This document shows positions 37,539-47,715 of a stretch of 64,000 bases of DNA, piece after piece (the first letter of the stretch is position 1; each line of letters starts with the position of its first letter). The stretch comes from Candidatus Eiseniibacteriota bacterium (GTDB lineage Bacteria > Eisenbacteria > RBG-16-71-46 > JACRLI01), in assembly GCA_025351485.1 (NCBI GenBank), contig JANXVU010000073.1, positions 9,216 to 73,215 on the forward strand. The letters run 5' to 3'. The notes beneath the pieces are model-generated. The model was given only the letters and a program-made list of their open reading frames with translations. It did not search any database and had not been told where the DNA came from. Position numbers and translations under genes: made by a program.

Positions 37539-39632
37539 GTGAAGGAATTCGAACCCGCCAAGATCAGGAACATTGTCCTGCTCTCCCATGGCGGGGTGGG
37601 TAAAACCACCCTCGCCGAAGCCATCCTCTTCGATACAAAGATGACCACTCGCCTGGGGCGGATCGAAGACGGAACCACCCACATGGACTACAGCCCCGAC
37701 GAAATTCACCGCAAGATCTCGATCGCCCTCGCCAGCGCCTACTGCGAATACGACAACCACAAGATTAACATCCTGGACGTGCCCGGCTACGCGGACTTCG
37801 AGGGAGAAGTCATGTCGGCGGTCCGGGTGGCCGACGGCGCGCTGGTGCTGCTGCGCGCGCAGACCGGGGTCGAGGTGGGCACCGAACGCGCGTGGGACCT
37901 CGCGCACGACCGGCACCTGCCCACGATGATCGTTGTCAACATGATGGACAAGGAGCACTCCAACTTCCAGGTCGCGCTCAATTCCTTCAACACCAAGCTG
38001 GGCGGCAAGGCCGTTCCGCTGGAGATCCCGATCGGCGAAGCCGACAAGTTCAACGGCGTGATCGACCTGATCTCCATGCAGGCCCGCTATCACCACCGCG
38101 GCGACGGGGTGGAAGAGGACAAGCCCATCCCGACGGAGATGGAAGGCGCGGCCAGGGCGGCGCGCGCGGTGCTGGTGGAAGCGGCGGCCGAAGGCGACGA
38201 CGAGCTCATGGAAAAGTTCTTCGCCGAGGGCGACCTGACCACCGAGGAGATCGAGCGGGGGCTGCGCGAGTCCATCCTGCGCTGCACCTGCCAGCCGGCG
38301 GTGTGCATGTCGGCCTACCACAACGTGGGCATCCAGGAGTTGCTCGACAACATCATCCGGTTCATGCCCTCGCCGGTGGACCACGGGGCCATGGCGGGCG
38401 TGAAGCCCGGGACCGAAGACGAGATCCTGGCCAAGCCCGATCCGGCGGAGCCCTTTTCGGCCCAGGTGTTCAAGACCATCAGCGAGCCGCACGTCGGGGA
38501 GCTTTCTCTGTTCCGGGTGTTTTCCGGTTCGGTGGAGGCGGGGAAGGAAGTCTACAACACCACCCGCGACCACCCGGAAAAACTGGGCCAGATCTTCATG
38601 GTCCTGGGCAAGGAGCGCAAGGACGCCGGCCGCATCACCGCCGGCGACATCGGCGCCGCGGTCAAACTGAAGGGCACCGGGACCGGCGACACCCTGTGCG
38701 CAGCCTCCCGGCCGATCGTGTTCCCGCCGATCGAATTCCCCATAACCCAGCTCACCGTCGCGTTTCGCGCCAAGGCCAAGGGCGACGAGGAAAAGGTGGC
38801 CAGCGGCCTGCACAAGCTGCACGAGGAGGACCCGACCTTCAAGATGATGGTGGACGGGGACAACCACCAGACGCTGCTCCACGGCATGGGCGACGTGCAG
38901 CTGGACGTGATCGTGGACAAGCTCCGGCGCAAGTTTGGCGTGGAGATCGAGCTGTACAAGCCGCGCATCCCGTACCGCGAGACCATCAGGGGCAAGGTGG
39001 AAGAGCACTACCGGCACAAGAAGCAGACCGGAGGACGCGGCCAGTTCGGCGACGTGCACCTGCGGTTGGAGCCGCTTCCGCGCGGCACCGGCTTCCAGTT
39101 CTCGGACGAGATCAAGGGCGGGGTGGTGCCCAACCAGTACATCCCGGCGGTGGAAAAGGGGGTCGCGGAGGCCCTGCACGAGGGCGTGCTGGCCGGCTAC
39201 CCGGTGGTGGACGTCAAGGTGGCGCTGTTCTTCGGCTCGTACCACACCGTGGACAGCTCCGAAATGGCGTTCAAGCTGGCCGCCATGAACTGCTTCAAGG
39301 AGGCCGCGCTGAAGGCGCATCCGGCGCTGCTGGAGCCCATCGTGGAGCTCGAGGTGATCACCCCCAAGGACTACATGGGCGACATCATGGGCGATCTAAG
39401 CTCCAAGCGCGGCAAGATCCTGGGCATGGAGGAGCAGGGCAAGCGCGAGAAGGTCAAGGCGCTGGTCCCGATGGCCGAGCTGTATAAGTACTCGTCCCAC
39501 CTGCGCAGCATGACCCAGGGCCGGGCGCAGCACCTGTTCAAGTTCTCTCACTACGAAGAAGTGCCGCGGGAGCAGGTGGACCGCATCGTGGCCGAGCACA
39601 AGGCCGAGAAGGAAGCCCAGCACGCGCACTAG
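37539..39632 (+). CDS. elongation factor G-family translational GTPase (EF-G paralog with atypical G1 motif)
   Basis: GTG start after GGAGG. 697 aa with the five EF-G domains. G1 reads LSHGGVGKTT rather than AHIDAGKTT. Confidence 0.9.
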   Translation: MKEFEPAKIRNIVLLSHGGVGKTTLAEAILFDTKMTTRLGRIEDGTTHMDYSPDEIHRKISIALASAYCEYDNHKINILDVPGYADFEGEVMSAVRVADGALVLLRAQTGVEVGTERAWDLAHDRHLPTMIVVNMMDKEHSNFQVALNSFNTKLGGKAVPLEIPIGEADKFNGVIDLISMQARYHHRGDGVEEDKPIPTEMEGAARAARAVLVEAAAEGDDELMEKFFAEGDLTTEEIERGLRESILRCTCQPAVCMSAYHNVGIQELLDNIIRFMPSPVDHGAMAGVKPGTEDEILAKPDPAEPFSAQVFKTISEPHVGELSLFRVFSGSVEAGKEVYNTTRDHPEKLGQIFMVLGKERKDAGRITAGDIGAAVKLKGTGTGDTLCAASRPIVFPPIEFPITQLTVAFRAKAKGDEEKVASGLHKLHEEDPTFKMMVDGDNHQTLLHGMGDVQLDVIVDKLRRKFGVEIELYKPRIPYRETIRGKVEEHYRHKKQTGGRGQFGDVHLRLEPLPRGTGFQFSDEIKGGVVPNQYIPAVEKGVAEALHEGVLAGYPVVDVKVALFFGSYHTVDSSEMAFKLAAMNCFKEAALKAHPALLEPIVELEVITPKDYMGDIMGDLSSKRGKILGMEEQGKREKVKALVPMAELYKYSSHLRSMTQGRAQHLFKFSHYEEVPREQVDRIVAEHKAEKEAQHAH

Positions 39633-39647
39633 CGTTCCAGGAGGCGC

Positions 39648-40400
39648 ATGTCCGGTCATTCCAAGTGGTCGCAGATCAAGCGGAAGAAGGCGGTCACCGA
39701 CGCCGGCCGCGGGAGGCTGTTCACCAAGCTGATCCGGGAAATCACCGCCGCCGCGCGAAACGGCGGCGGTGATCCGGAGGGCAACCCGCGTCTTCGCACC
39801 GCCATCCAGACCGCCCGGAACGCCAACATGCCCAACGACAACATCGACCGCGCGGTGCAAAAGGGCGTGGGCAGCTCGGCCGACGTGAACTACGAGGAAA
39901 TCGTCTACGAGGGCTACGGCCCGTGCGGCGTGGCGGTGCTGGCGCTCTGCCTCACCGAGAACCGCAACCGCACCGCCAACGACGTGCGTTTCACTTTCGG
40001 CAAGTACAACGGCAACCTGGGAGGGGCCGGCGCGGTGGCGTGGAAGTTCGACGTGCGCGGCCTGATCACCGTGGAGCGTGCCGGGGTGGACGAAGAAACT
40101 CTCCTGGGCGTGGCGCTGGATGCCGGCGCGCTGGACGTGGACACCGGCGACCCCGAGAACTACGTGGTAGTGACCCAGGTGCCCTCGCTGGAGTCGGTCC
40201 GGTCGGCCCTCGCGGAGCACGGCATCCCGGTGGCCGGCAGCGAGATCGCGCGCGTTCCCCAAATCCTGGTGGCGCTGGAAGCCTCCGAGGCGATGAAAGT
40301 GCTCAAGCTGGTGGACGCCCTGGAGGAGCTGGATGACGTGCAAAAGGTGTGGACCGACGCCGAGATTCCCGATGAAGTCCTGTCCAGGATGGACGGGTAG
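39648..40400 (+). CDS. yebC: YebC/PmpR-family DNA-binding transcriptional regulator
   Basis: MSGHSKWSQIKRKKAVTDAGRG... canonical family N-terminus. Conserved position upstream of ruvC. Confidence 0.9.
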   Translation: MSGHSKWSQIKRKKAVTDAGRGRLFTKLIREITAAARNGGGDPEGNPRLRTAIQTARNANMPNDNIDRAVQKGVGSSADVNYEEIVYEGYGPCGVAVLALCLTENRNRTANDVRFTFGKYNGNLGGAGAVAWKFDVRGLITVERAGVDEETLLGVALDAGALDVDTGDPENYVVVTQVPSLESVRSALAEHGIPVAGSEIARVPQILVALEASEAMKVLKLVDALEELDDVQKVWTDAEIPDEVLSRMDG

Positions 40401-40406
40401 GGACGC

Positions 40407-40946
40407 TTGAAACGGGTCCTTGGAATCGATCCCGGCAGCCTCATCACCGGATTCGCGCTGGTGCGCGAGTCGGGCAGCGCGCGGGTGTGCGAGCGCTCGG
40501 GGCAAATCCATTTGGGCTCCGGCGAACTCACCGCGAGGCTGACCGTCCTGTTCCGGGAGCTCTCCACGTTGATCGAGCAAACCCACCCCGATTGCGTTGC
40601 CGTGGAATCCGCCTTTCACGCCAAGAGCGCGAAGAGCTCGCTGGTCCTGGGGCATGCCCGGGGAGTGGCGCTGCTGGTGGCCGGCCTGGCGGAGCTCCCG
40701 GTGGCCGAATACGCGCCCCGCGAGGTGAAGATGGCGGTGGTGGGCAAGGGCTCGGCCACCAAGGACCAGGTGCAGTACATGGTGCGGCGGCTGCTGTCGC
40801 TCCAGGCCGCGCCGAGGGCCGACGAGGCCGACGCCATGGCGGTCGGCCTGTGCCACCTGCACCGCGCCAAACTCCGCATTCCCCGCAGCGCCCCGCGCCG
40901 CTCGGCTTCCGAAGCCGCGCTGTGGCGCGCCAAGGCCCGCCCGTGA
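40407..40946 (+). CDS. ruvC: crossover junction endodeoxyribonuclease RuvC
   Basis: TTG start. VLGIDPGS...AVE and the C-terminal acidic catalytic residues are present. Confidence 0.85.
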   Translation: MKRVLGIDPGSLITGFALVRESGSARVCERSGQIHLGSGELTARLTVLFRELSTLIEQTHPDCVAVESAFHAKSAKSSLVLGHARGVALLVAGLAELPVAEYAPREVKMAVVGKGSATKDQVQYMVRRLLSLQAAPRADEADAMAVGLCHLHRAKLRIPRSAPRRSASEAALWRAKARP

Positions 40947-41548
40947 TCGCAAGGCTCCAGGGAACGCTGGTCGCCCGCGGCACCAACTACGTGGTGATGG
41001 ACGTGCATGGCGTGGGCTACCACGTGGCCGTCCCAATTTCCACGCTGTCCCGGCTTGGCACCACCGGCGCCGAAGCCATCCTGCACACGCATCTCGCCGT
41101 GCGCGAGAGCGCCATGGAGCTGTATGGCTTTGCCACCCTGCCGGAAAAAGAGATCTTCGAACTGCTGCTGTCCGTGAGCGGCGTGGGCCCCAAGCTGGCG
41201 CTGGCGGTCCTTTCGGGCGCCGAAGTGCACCTGCTGCGCCGGGCCATTTCATCCGGCGACGTGGACCTGCTCACCGCGGTCCCGGGGATCGGCCGCAAGA
41301 CCGCCCAGCGCATCCTGATCGAGCTCAAGGAAAAGATGGGCCAGGTCGGGGTGGACGAAGTGGAAGTGGCCCCGTCGGGGGAGCTGGGCGATGCCGTGGA
41401 CGCCCTGGTGGCGTTGGGCTACTCGCGCCCGGTGGCGGCCGTGCACGTCCGCAAGGCTTCCGAAGGCAGCCCGGGGCTCAACGCCGAAGCGCTGGTGCGC
41501 AAGGCCCTGGCTCTGGCCAAGGGCGCCACGGTGGGCCGTTCCTCGTAG
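40943..41548 (+). CDS. ruvA: Holliday junction DNA helicase subunit RuvA
   Basis: GTG overlaps the ruvC TGA as GTGA. MIARLQGTLV...LYGF.. HhH motifs LLSVSGVGPKLALAVL and LTAVPGIGRKTAQRI. Confidence 0.85.
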   Translation: MIARLQGTLVARGTNYVVMDVHGVGYHVAVPISTLSRLGTTGAEAILHTHLAVRESAMELYGFATLPEKEIFELLLSVSGVGPKLALAVLSGAEVHLLRRAISSGDVDLLTAVPGIGRKTAQRILIELKEKMGQVGVDEVEVAPSGELGDAVDALVALGYSRPVAAVHVRKASEGSPGLNAEALVRKALALAKGATVGRSS

Positions 41549-41666
41549 AATCCCCGAATTCGACGGCATAAAGTTCTTCCTTACCCGGTCCGATAACACT
41601 CTCGTGAAGCGGAGCGCCCCCGGGGCGCCCCGCATGGTTGATTTTCGGACCCGAGGACTGATCCCC

Positions 41667-42209
41667 ATGGACGCCAAGGAAACCGGCAAGTCCCAGGCCA
41701 CGCCGTCCCAGCCGGCACCGCTGCCGCTGCCGGGCTCGCGCGAAGGCATGGAACGCCTGCGCCAGGAAGTGGACCGCTCGCAGCGCTACAACCATCCCCT
41801 GAGCATCGCGCTGCTGGACCTGGACCCGCTTCCCGCGGCGATGGTGCCGCGCGGGCTCCTGGACGAGCACGGGGTGGTGGGCCACTTTGTGCGCCGCGTG
41901 CGCATGGTGGCGCGTGACTGTGACGTGCTCGCGAGCTGGGGCTCCACCACGTTGCTGTGGGTGCTGCCGGAAACCGAGCTGGACGCCGGCGTGCTGGCCT
42001 GCGAGCGGCTTCGCCGCGCGCTGGCGGGCGCCGCCCCGGGGAACAGTCCGCCGCTCACGGTCTCCGTAGGGGTGGCGGAACTGGAGACCGGCGAAGAGGC
42101 CGACTTGCTGGTGAAGCGCACCAACGACGCGCTTCTGATCAGCCAGGCCCGTGGCCGCAACTGCGTGACGCGCGCCGACGTGCTGCCGCGGCCGGACTCG
42201 GCGGCGTAG
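41667..42209 (+). CDS. GGDEF-like domain protein with degenerate active site (SWGST in place of GGDEF)
   Basis: ATG 41667 with GAGGA RBS. ..RYNHPLSIALLDLD.. opens a GGDEF fold, but the signature position reads LASWGSTTLLWVLPE. 181 aa. Confidence 0.5.
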   Translation: MDAKETGKSQATPSQPAPLPLPGSREGMERLRQEVDRSQRYNHPLSIALLDLDPLPAAMVPRGLLDEHGVVGHFVRRVRMVARDCDVLASWGSTTLLWVLPETELDAGVLACERLRRALAGAAPGNSPPLTVSVGVAELETGEEADLLVKRTNDALLISQARGRNCVTRADVLPRPDSAA

Positions 42210-42320
42210 CTCAAGAGTCCGACACCACGAAATAGGAAGGCCCGCGGGTCGCGAGACCGGCGGGCCTTTCGCATTTTGGGCGCCGCCGCCGCCCGGCGCG
42301 GGCGGGCAGCCGGCGCGCGG

Positions 42321-43391
42321 CTAGCGCCTGGGATTGCGCCGGGTCTGGGTGTTGAGGCCGCGCTGGCGCGCCACCGTTGCTCGCTTGGCTTCCAGTCTGG
42401 CGCGCTGGTCCTGGCGCTGGTCCAGGTGCTTGATCTCGGCCTGGAGCTTGCGGAAGTTTTCGAAACGTCCGGCATCGAGTTCCCCCGAGGCCAGTGCTGC
42501 GTTCACCGCGCACCCGGGCTCCTGTTCGTGCCCGCAGTCGGTGAAGCGGCAGCGCGTGCCCAGCTCCAATATGTCGGAGAAGGCGTCCGCGAGCCCGGTC
42601 TCCGAGTCCCACATCTGCAGTTCTCGCATGCCGGGGGTGTCGATCAGGAGCCCGCCGCCCGGAATGCGCAGCAGCTCCCGGTGCACGGTGGTGTGGCGGC
42701 CCTTGCCGTCTTCGCGCACCTCGGCGGTGCGCTGCGCTTCGTGTCCGGCAAGGCGATTGATCAGCGTGGACTTTCCCACTCCCGAAGAGCCCACCATGGC
42801 CCCGGTGCGGCTTCCCGAAAGATACTGCCGCAGCTCTTCCACGCCATCCCCGTTGCGTCCGTTCACCACGTGGACCGGCGCCGTGCCCGCGATGGCGCGG
42901 GCCGCTTCCGCGCGGGCACCCGGATCTTCGCACAGGTCGGCCTTGGTCAGGGCCAGCACCGGCGCCGCGCCGCTCTCCCATGCGAGCGCCAGGTAGCGCT
43001 CCAACCGCCGGGGATTCACCTCGCCGTCCAAGGCGCTCACCACGAACAGCGTGTCCACGTTGGCGGCGATAACCTGCTCCTCCGTCTTGGCGCCCACGGC
43101 CTTCCGGGAAAAGCAGGATGACCGGCCCAGCACCGCCTGCACCGTGCCGCGCTCCTCGCCCGCCAGCGGCTTGTACGCCACCCAGTCGCCCACCACCGGC
43201 AGATCGCCGGGGCCCTCGGCATGGTGACGCAGGCGTCCGGCCAGACTGGCGTAGATTTCCCCGGCAGCGGTGTACAGGCGGATCTCGTTGCGGTGCTCCG
43301 CGGCCACCCGCGCGGGCAGGAGGCCGGCGGTGCGGTGGGGCTCGAATTCCGCGGTAAGCCGCTCGCTCCAGCCCAGTTCTTCCAGGCTCAA
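42321..43391 (-). CDS. rsgA: ribosome small-subunit-dependent GTPase A (RsgA/YjeQ)
   Basis: TTG 43391 (GGGAG RBS) overlaps the acylase stop as TTGA. Circularly permuted GTPase motifs (VGSSGVGKSTLIN, DTPG), C-terminal Zn-finger CRFTDCGHEQEPGC. Confidence 0.8.
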   Translation of the reverse strand: MSLEELGWSERLTAEFEPHRTAGLLPARVAAEHRNEIRLYTAAGEIYASLAGRLRHHAEGPGDLPVVGDWVAYKPLAGEERGTVQAVLGRSSCFSRKAVGAKTEEQVIAANVDTLFVVSALDGEVNPRRLERYLALAWESGAAPVLALTKADLCEDPGARAEAARAIAGTAPVHVVNGRNGDGVEELRQYLSGSRTGAMVGSSGVGKSTLINRLAGHEAQRTAEVREDGKGRHTTVHRELLRIPGGGLLIDTPGMRELQMWDSETGLADAFSDILELGTRCRFTDCGHEQEPGCAVNAALASGELDAGRFENFRKLQAEIKHLDQRQDQRARLEAKRATVARQRGLNTQTRRNPRR

Positions 43392-45751
43392 CGGCCGCTC
43401 CCGTATTCGAGCTTCAAGCGGCTCTCCACGTCCGAGGCCGAGGGCGCCCCCAGGCGCAGCTCGAACCACCGCCCCGCGGCCCACGTCCGCAAATGGTCGG
43501 CAAAGTGCGGGGACCGGGGGTCCTCGGAGTTGCCGGGAGGAAGCGACACGCGCATGGAACTGTCCTGCGAAAGATCGGATACCTGGCGCATCGACGGGCC
43601 CGCGGTGACTTCGGCGGATGCAGGAGTCCACCCGCCCGACACGTTCACCGAGTACCGGTCGCCGCGCACCCACACCGGATCGGGCCGGAACTCGCGGGCG
43701 CGGCCCTCCAGCGGGCTCACGAAGTGGGCGACGTGCGCCCGTCCCCAGGACCACGCCGGGGAGATCGCGCCGAACTTCTTGTGCAGCATGCCCACCGCGG
43801 TCTCGAAGGATTCCGCGAGCACGGCGGCGAGCCTCTCCCCGCGCAGAGAATCGGGCGCGCCGACGCGATCATCCAACAGCGCGTCCAGGTAGCCGTCGTA
43901 GCCGTTTGCCTCGAGCCTGCGGGCGGCGCAGTAAAACCACGCGCGGAAGATCGTGGGCGCGACCGCCTGGGAATCCGGCAAGCCGCCCCACGCGCGAAGC
44001 TCCTCTCGCGCCTTCGCGGCCTCCGGGCCCAGCGACCTTTCCGCGAGCCGTCCCAGCATGCGCGGGGCGAACCGCACCCATTGGGGCGAGAGCGCGTCGA
44101 ACTGGAACGCGGTCATGGAATCCACGCTGGCGTGCCGGGAATCCCCCAGCAGCCGGGCCAACCGCTGCGCGCGGTAGCTCATGAAGAAGTCGCCGATCTG
44201 GAAAGGATAGGAAGCACCGGCGGGGCGGTTGTTGGTATTCACGAAGTAGCCGTCGGCGGGCGAGTCGGACCCGGGCATGGAGTCTGCCGGGATGAGGGCC
44301 GGAAATTCGGATGCGCGGGAGGTGCCATCCAGCGGCAGCGGTTCCTGCGCCGTTCGGTATCCGGGAATCCAGCCGCAGGTGCGGTAAGCGAGGCGGCCCT
44401 CCATGTCGGCCGCGATCACGTTCAGCGTGGGCGTGGGCAGGTCTTGGAACTGGCGGGCGGCATCCGCGGCGCTCAGCGCCGTTTCAGGCGCAAGACTCCT
44501 CAAGCGGACCGGCAGGTCCGACATGGCATACCACCCCAGTGAATAGCCCCGATGCTTCTTCTTGTCCTCCTGGATCAGCGGACCATGCCGGGTGTAGCGC
44601 GCCTTGATCCAGAAGAGCGGGAACCGGATCGGGCCAAGCCGGTAGCGGAGCCCCAGCGGTTTTTCGCGGATCGGCTCCCAGTGGCCTTCGTACAGGGTGT
44701 GGTGGCCGGAGGCATCCAGCGATTCGGCCCACACCGGCGAGACGTTGGCCCCCAGGGCAGTCACTCCCCAGGTCACGCGCCGGGTGCGGCCCGAGACGAT
44801 CACCGGCAGGCCGGGAACGCAGAACCCAGCGGCCACCAGGGTGTCCGGGACTTCCAGCGCCACGGCATACCACTGCGAAGGTTCAGAGTGGCTGAGATGG
44901 GTGTCGTTGGCCAGAATCGGCTTGCCGGAGGCGGTGCGGGAACCGCCGATCGCAAACGCGTTGCTGGCGCCGGGGCCCCACGCGGGAAGCAGGCTGCGAA
45001 GGTCCACGGCAAGCTGCGGGCCGGCGCCGGGGAATCGCCCGCCGGCCTGTGAAACCGCGCCCGATGCCGGCCCCGATGCCAGCCCCGCCGTGACGTACTC
45101 CACGTCGTGCTCGCTCAGCCGCCAGCGCTTCCAGAACTCGGTGAGGCCGTGGGAGGCCACCCATTGCCCGCGAGAGAGTTGCTGGGTGTCCAGGTCCAGG
45201 TCGAGTCCCTGCAGGTACATCACTTCGATGGAGGCGACCGGAGTCCACGGCTCGGGGCGGGAGTGGGTGATCTCAAAGCCGCGGGCAAGCGGGTGCTTTC
45301 CCGCGTTCACTTCGGTCACGTACTGGTTGATGCCCGCGGTGAGCGCGACGATACGTCGACCCAGCGGAGAGTTCTCGCCGATCTGATCCCAGGTGCGGTG
45401 CGCGCGGGCCTCCAGGCCCAGGGTGAGCATCAGCCCGTCGCTCTGCAGCTGCGAGTTGTCCATCACGTCCGAGAGGCGCCCTTCGGCCAGCATCCGCCAG
45501 TAGTTCATCTGCCACAGCCGGTCGCGCGACTGGGCGTAGCCCATGGCGAAGAAGAGCGAGCGCTGGTCACCGGCGGAAATGTGGGGGATGCCCGCGCGGT
45601 CGGTGACGATGTCGGCCTTGACGGGAAAGTTCAGCGGGGGTGGGGCGGAGGCGCGGGGTGCGGGCGAGCAGCCCGCCAGGCATACGGCCGCGCCCAACGC
45701 CGAGACGAGGGCAGGGAAAAATCCGGGGCGGCGCGGTTTCCTTATGGGCAT
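43388..45751 (-). CDS. penicillin acylase / AHL-acylase-family Ntn-hydrolase lipoprotein
   Basis: ATG 45751. Lipoprotein signal [29 protein letters not shown]. Beta-subunit nucleophile region [27 protein letters not shown]. 787 aa. The 5' part of the 43388..46975 ORF is the antisense of ruvB. Confidence 0.8.
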   Translation of the reverse strand: MPIRKPRRPGFFPALVSALGAAVCLAGCSPAPRASAPPPLNFPVKADIVTDRAGIPHISAGDQRSLFFAMGYAQSRDRLWQMNYWRMLAEGRLSDVMDNSQLQSDGLMLTLGLEARAHRTWDQIGENSPLGRRIVALTAGINQYVTEVNAGKHPLARGFEITHSRPEPWTPVASIEVMYLQGLDLDLDTQQLSRGQWVASHGLTEFWKRWRLSEHDVEYVTAGLASGPASGAVSQAGGRFPGAGPQLAVDLRSLLPAWGPGASNAFAIGGSRTASGKPILANDTHLSHSEPSQWYAVALEVPDTLVAAGFCVPGLPVIVSGRTRRVTWGVTALGANVSPVWAESLDASGHHTLYEGHWEPIREKPLGLRYRLGPIRFPLFWIKARYTRHGPLIQEDKKKHRGYSLGWYAMSDLPVRLRSLAPETALSAADAARQFQDLPTPTLNVIAADMEGRLAYRTCGWIPGYRTAQEPLPLDGTSRASEFPALIPADSMPGSDSPADGYFVNTNNRPAGASYPFQIGDFFMSYRAQRLARLLGDSRHASVDSMTAFQFDALSPQWVRFAPRMLGRLAERSLGPEAAKAREELRAWGGLPDSQAVAPTIFRAWFYCAARRLEANGYDGYLDALLDDRVGAPDSLRGERLAAVLAESFETAVGMLHKKFGAISPAWSWGRAHVAHFVSPLEGRAREFRPDPVWVRGDRYSVNVSGGWTPASAEVTAGPSMRQVSDLSQDSSMRVSLPPGNSEDPRSPHFADHLRTWAAGRWFELRLGAPSASDVESRLKLEYGSGR

Positions 45752-45844
45752 GCCCGGGAGTGTACGGGGCGGCGGAAGGCCGTGCAAGAACGCCCGCACA
45801 CCGGTTTCGGCCCCTGCCACTCTTATGATATTCTTCCCTCCGCC

Positions 45845-46927
45845 ATGCCCAAGCCGCGCACCGATACTACCATCCAGCCTTCCGACCCCAACGGGCGGCT
45901 CACCGATCCGGGACTCGCCGAGGGCGAGGACCAGCTCGAGAAGAGCCTGCGCCCGCGGCGGCTGTCGGAGTTCCTGGGCCAGACGCAGGTGAAAGAGAGC
46001 CTGAGCATCTTCCTGCAGGCGGCCACCCAGCGGGAAGAGGCGCTCGACCACGTGCTGCTCCACGGCCCCCCGGGCCTGGGCAAGACCACCCTGGCCGGAA
46101 TCCTGGCGGCGGAGATGGGCGTGCCGGTGATCCACACTTCCGGCCCCGCCATCGAGCGCCCCGGGGATCTGGCCGGCCTGCTCACGAATTTGGAGCCCCG
46201 CAGCGTGCTGTTCGTGGACGAGATCCATCGCCTGCACCCGGTGGTGGAGGAATACCTGTATCCGGCCATGGAAGACTTCTGCCTGGACATCATGATCGAC
46301 CGTGGCCCCAGCGCCCGCTCGCTCCGGCTGAACCTGGAACGCTTCACGCTGGTGGGGGCCACCACGCGGGCCGGGCTGATTTCGTCCCCGCTGCGGGCCC
46401 GGTTCGGCATGACAGTGCGGCTGGACTACTATGCGTCCGCCGAGCTCGCCGAGATCGTCCGCCGCTCGTCTTCCCTGCTGAACTTTGAGATCGCGCCGGA
46501 GGCCGTGGACGAGATCGGCCGGCGCTCCCGCGGCACCCCCCGGGTGGCCAACCGCCTTCTGCGCCGGGTGCGCGATTTCGCCCAGATTCGCGGCAACGGA
46601 GTGGGGGCTCCGGACGTCACACTGGAGGCCCTGGAAATGCTGAACGTGGACCATCTGGGTCTGGACGACATGGACCGGCGGCTGCTGCAGGCCCTGATCT
46701 ACAAGTACGGCGGGGGTCCCGTGGGGATCGGAACCCTGGCGGTGGTGCTGGGGGAAGAGGCCGGCACGCTGGAAGATGTCTACGAGCCGTACCTGATCCA
46801 GGAAGGATTCCTGAAACGCACCTCCCGGGGACGGGAAGCCACCGCGAGGGCCTACCAGCACCTGGGCCTCGAAGTGCCCCCGGGACGCGCGGAAGAAGCG
46901 CCCAAGCAGAGCGATCTTTTCGAGTAG
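45845..46927 (+). CDS. ruvB: Holliday junction DNA helicase RuvB
   Basis: [13 protein letters not shown] Walker [10 protein letters not shown] Walker B, AAA+ and winged-helix domains. 360 aa. Confidence 0.95.
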   Translation: MPKPRTDTTIQPSDPNGRLTDPGLAEGEDQLEKSLRPRRLSEFLGQTQVKESLSIFLQAATQREEALDHVLLHGPPGLGKTTLAGILAAEMGVPVIHTSGPAIERPGDLAGLLTNLEPRSVLFVDEIHRLHPVVEEYLYPAMEDFCLDIMIDRGPSARSLRLNLERFTLVGATTRAGLISSPLRARFGMTVRLDYYASAELAEIVRRSSSLLNFEIAPEAVDEIGRRSRGTPRVANRLLRRVRDFAQIRGNGVGAPDVTLEALEMLNVDHLGLDDMDRRLLQALIYKYGGGPVGIGTLAVVLGEEAGTLEDVYEPYLIQEGFLKRTSRGREATARAYQHLGLEVPPGRAEEAPKQSDLFE

Positions 46928-46997
46928 CACATAGCCTGGATCACGTTCCATGCGGCGGCCGAACGGCCGCCGCACTCATGAATCTCCTGGAGGATCG

Positions 46998-47612
46998 ATG
47001 AAAAAGCTGGCGACCTTGATGCTTTTGGGTCTGACGATGATCGCGCTCAAGCCGGCCACCGGCTCGGCCGAGGAAAAGGCCGCTCCTGCCTATTGCCACC
47101 GGGTGCGGATGGTCGCCTCGGCGGGCGTGCAGGGAGTGCAGGACCAGACTCCGTTCATGGTCGTGCCCGAGTGGGCGAACATGTCCGACACCACTTCGGC
47201 GGACACCATGCTGACCTCCACCAAGGTGTGGGACGGCAAGCCGCTCTACCGGATCAACAAGGAGCGCGAGTCGCGCATCGACGTGGAAGGCCCGACTTCG
47301 CTGGCGGTGGTCTCCATGGCCCCGTTCCACCGCGAGGGCCTGGCGTACGAGATGTACTACGCCGTCTCGATCCGCGTGGACGACAATAAGCCCGAGGTGG
47401 TGTGGCTCAAGACCACCCGCGCCAACCCGCTCTACACCACGCAGGTGCCGGGCTGGACGTTCGGCCTGCCGGAGCCGGTGGAAGTGAACCTGCCCGCCGG
47501 CAAGCACTCGGTGTACGTGAAGTTCGCGAAGGGCGACTTCGACTTCGCCTACGTGACTTTCCAGAAGACCATGTTTACCGACCAGATCGCACCGCCCGCG
47601 CCGCCCAAGTAG
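46998..47612 (+). CDS. secreted hypothetical protein
   Basis: ATG after GGAGGA. Signal peptide MKKLATLMLLGLTMIALKPATGSA. Followed by an intrinsic terminator. Confidence 0.5.
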   Translation: MKKLATLMLLGLTMIALKPATGSAEEKAAPAYCHRVRMVASAGVQGVQDQTPFMVVPEWANMSDTTSADTMLTSTKVWDGKPLYRINKERESRIDVEGPTSLAVVSMAPFHREGLAYEMYYAVSIRVDDNKPEVVWLKTTRANPLYTTQVPGWTFGLPEPVEVNLPAGKHSVYVKFAKGDFDFAYVTFQKTMFTDQIAPPAPPK

Positions 47613-47639
47613 AATCGGGCAGCAAGGCGAATTCAAAAG

Positions 47640-47678
47640 AAACGAGGCGGCCCGCAAGGACCGCCTCGTTTTGCTTTG
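47640..47678 (+). terminator. Rho-independent terminator (ACGAGGCGG-loop-CCGCCTCGT + TTTTGCTTTG); a second palindrome, GGCCGCCCGGGCGGCC, at about 47686-47701 faces the convergent minus-strand gene
   Basis: 9-bp perfect stem followed by a U-rich tract 28 nt after the stop at 47612. Sits in a convergent intergenic region. Confidence 0.5.
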
Positions 47679-47715
47679 CCGGACCGGCCGCCCGGGCGGC
47701 CGCCCAACCGCCGAA

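Noticed and set aside
37389-39487. 643-aa (-) and 531-aa (+) ORFs
   Set aside because: Antisense and off-frame shadows of the EF-G paralog.
39396-41252. 618-aa minus-strand ORF
   Set aside because: Antisense to yebC-ruvC-ruvA, all three of which have clear family signatures on the plus strand.
43493-46975. Plus-strand ORFs inside the acylase gene, and the 5' 410 codons of 43388..46975(-)
   Set aside because: Shadows. The acylase starts at the lipoprotein signal (45751), and the region beyond is the antisense of ruvB.
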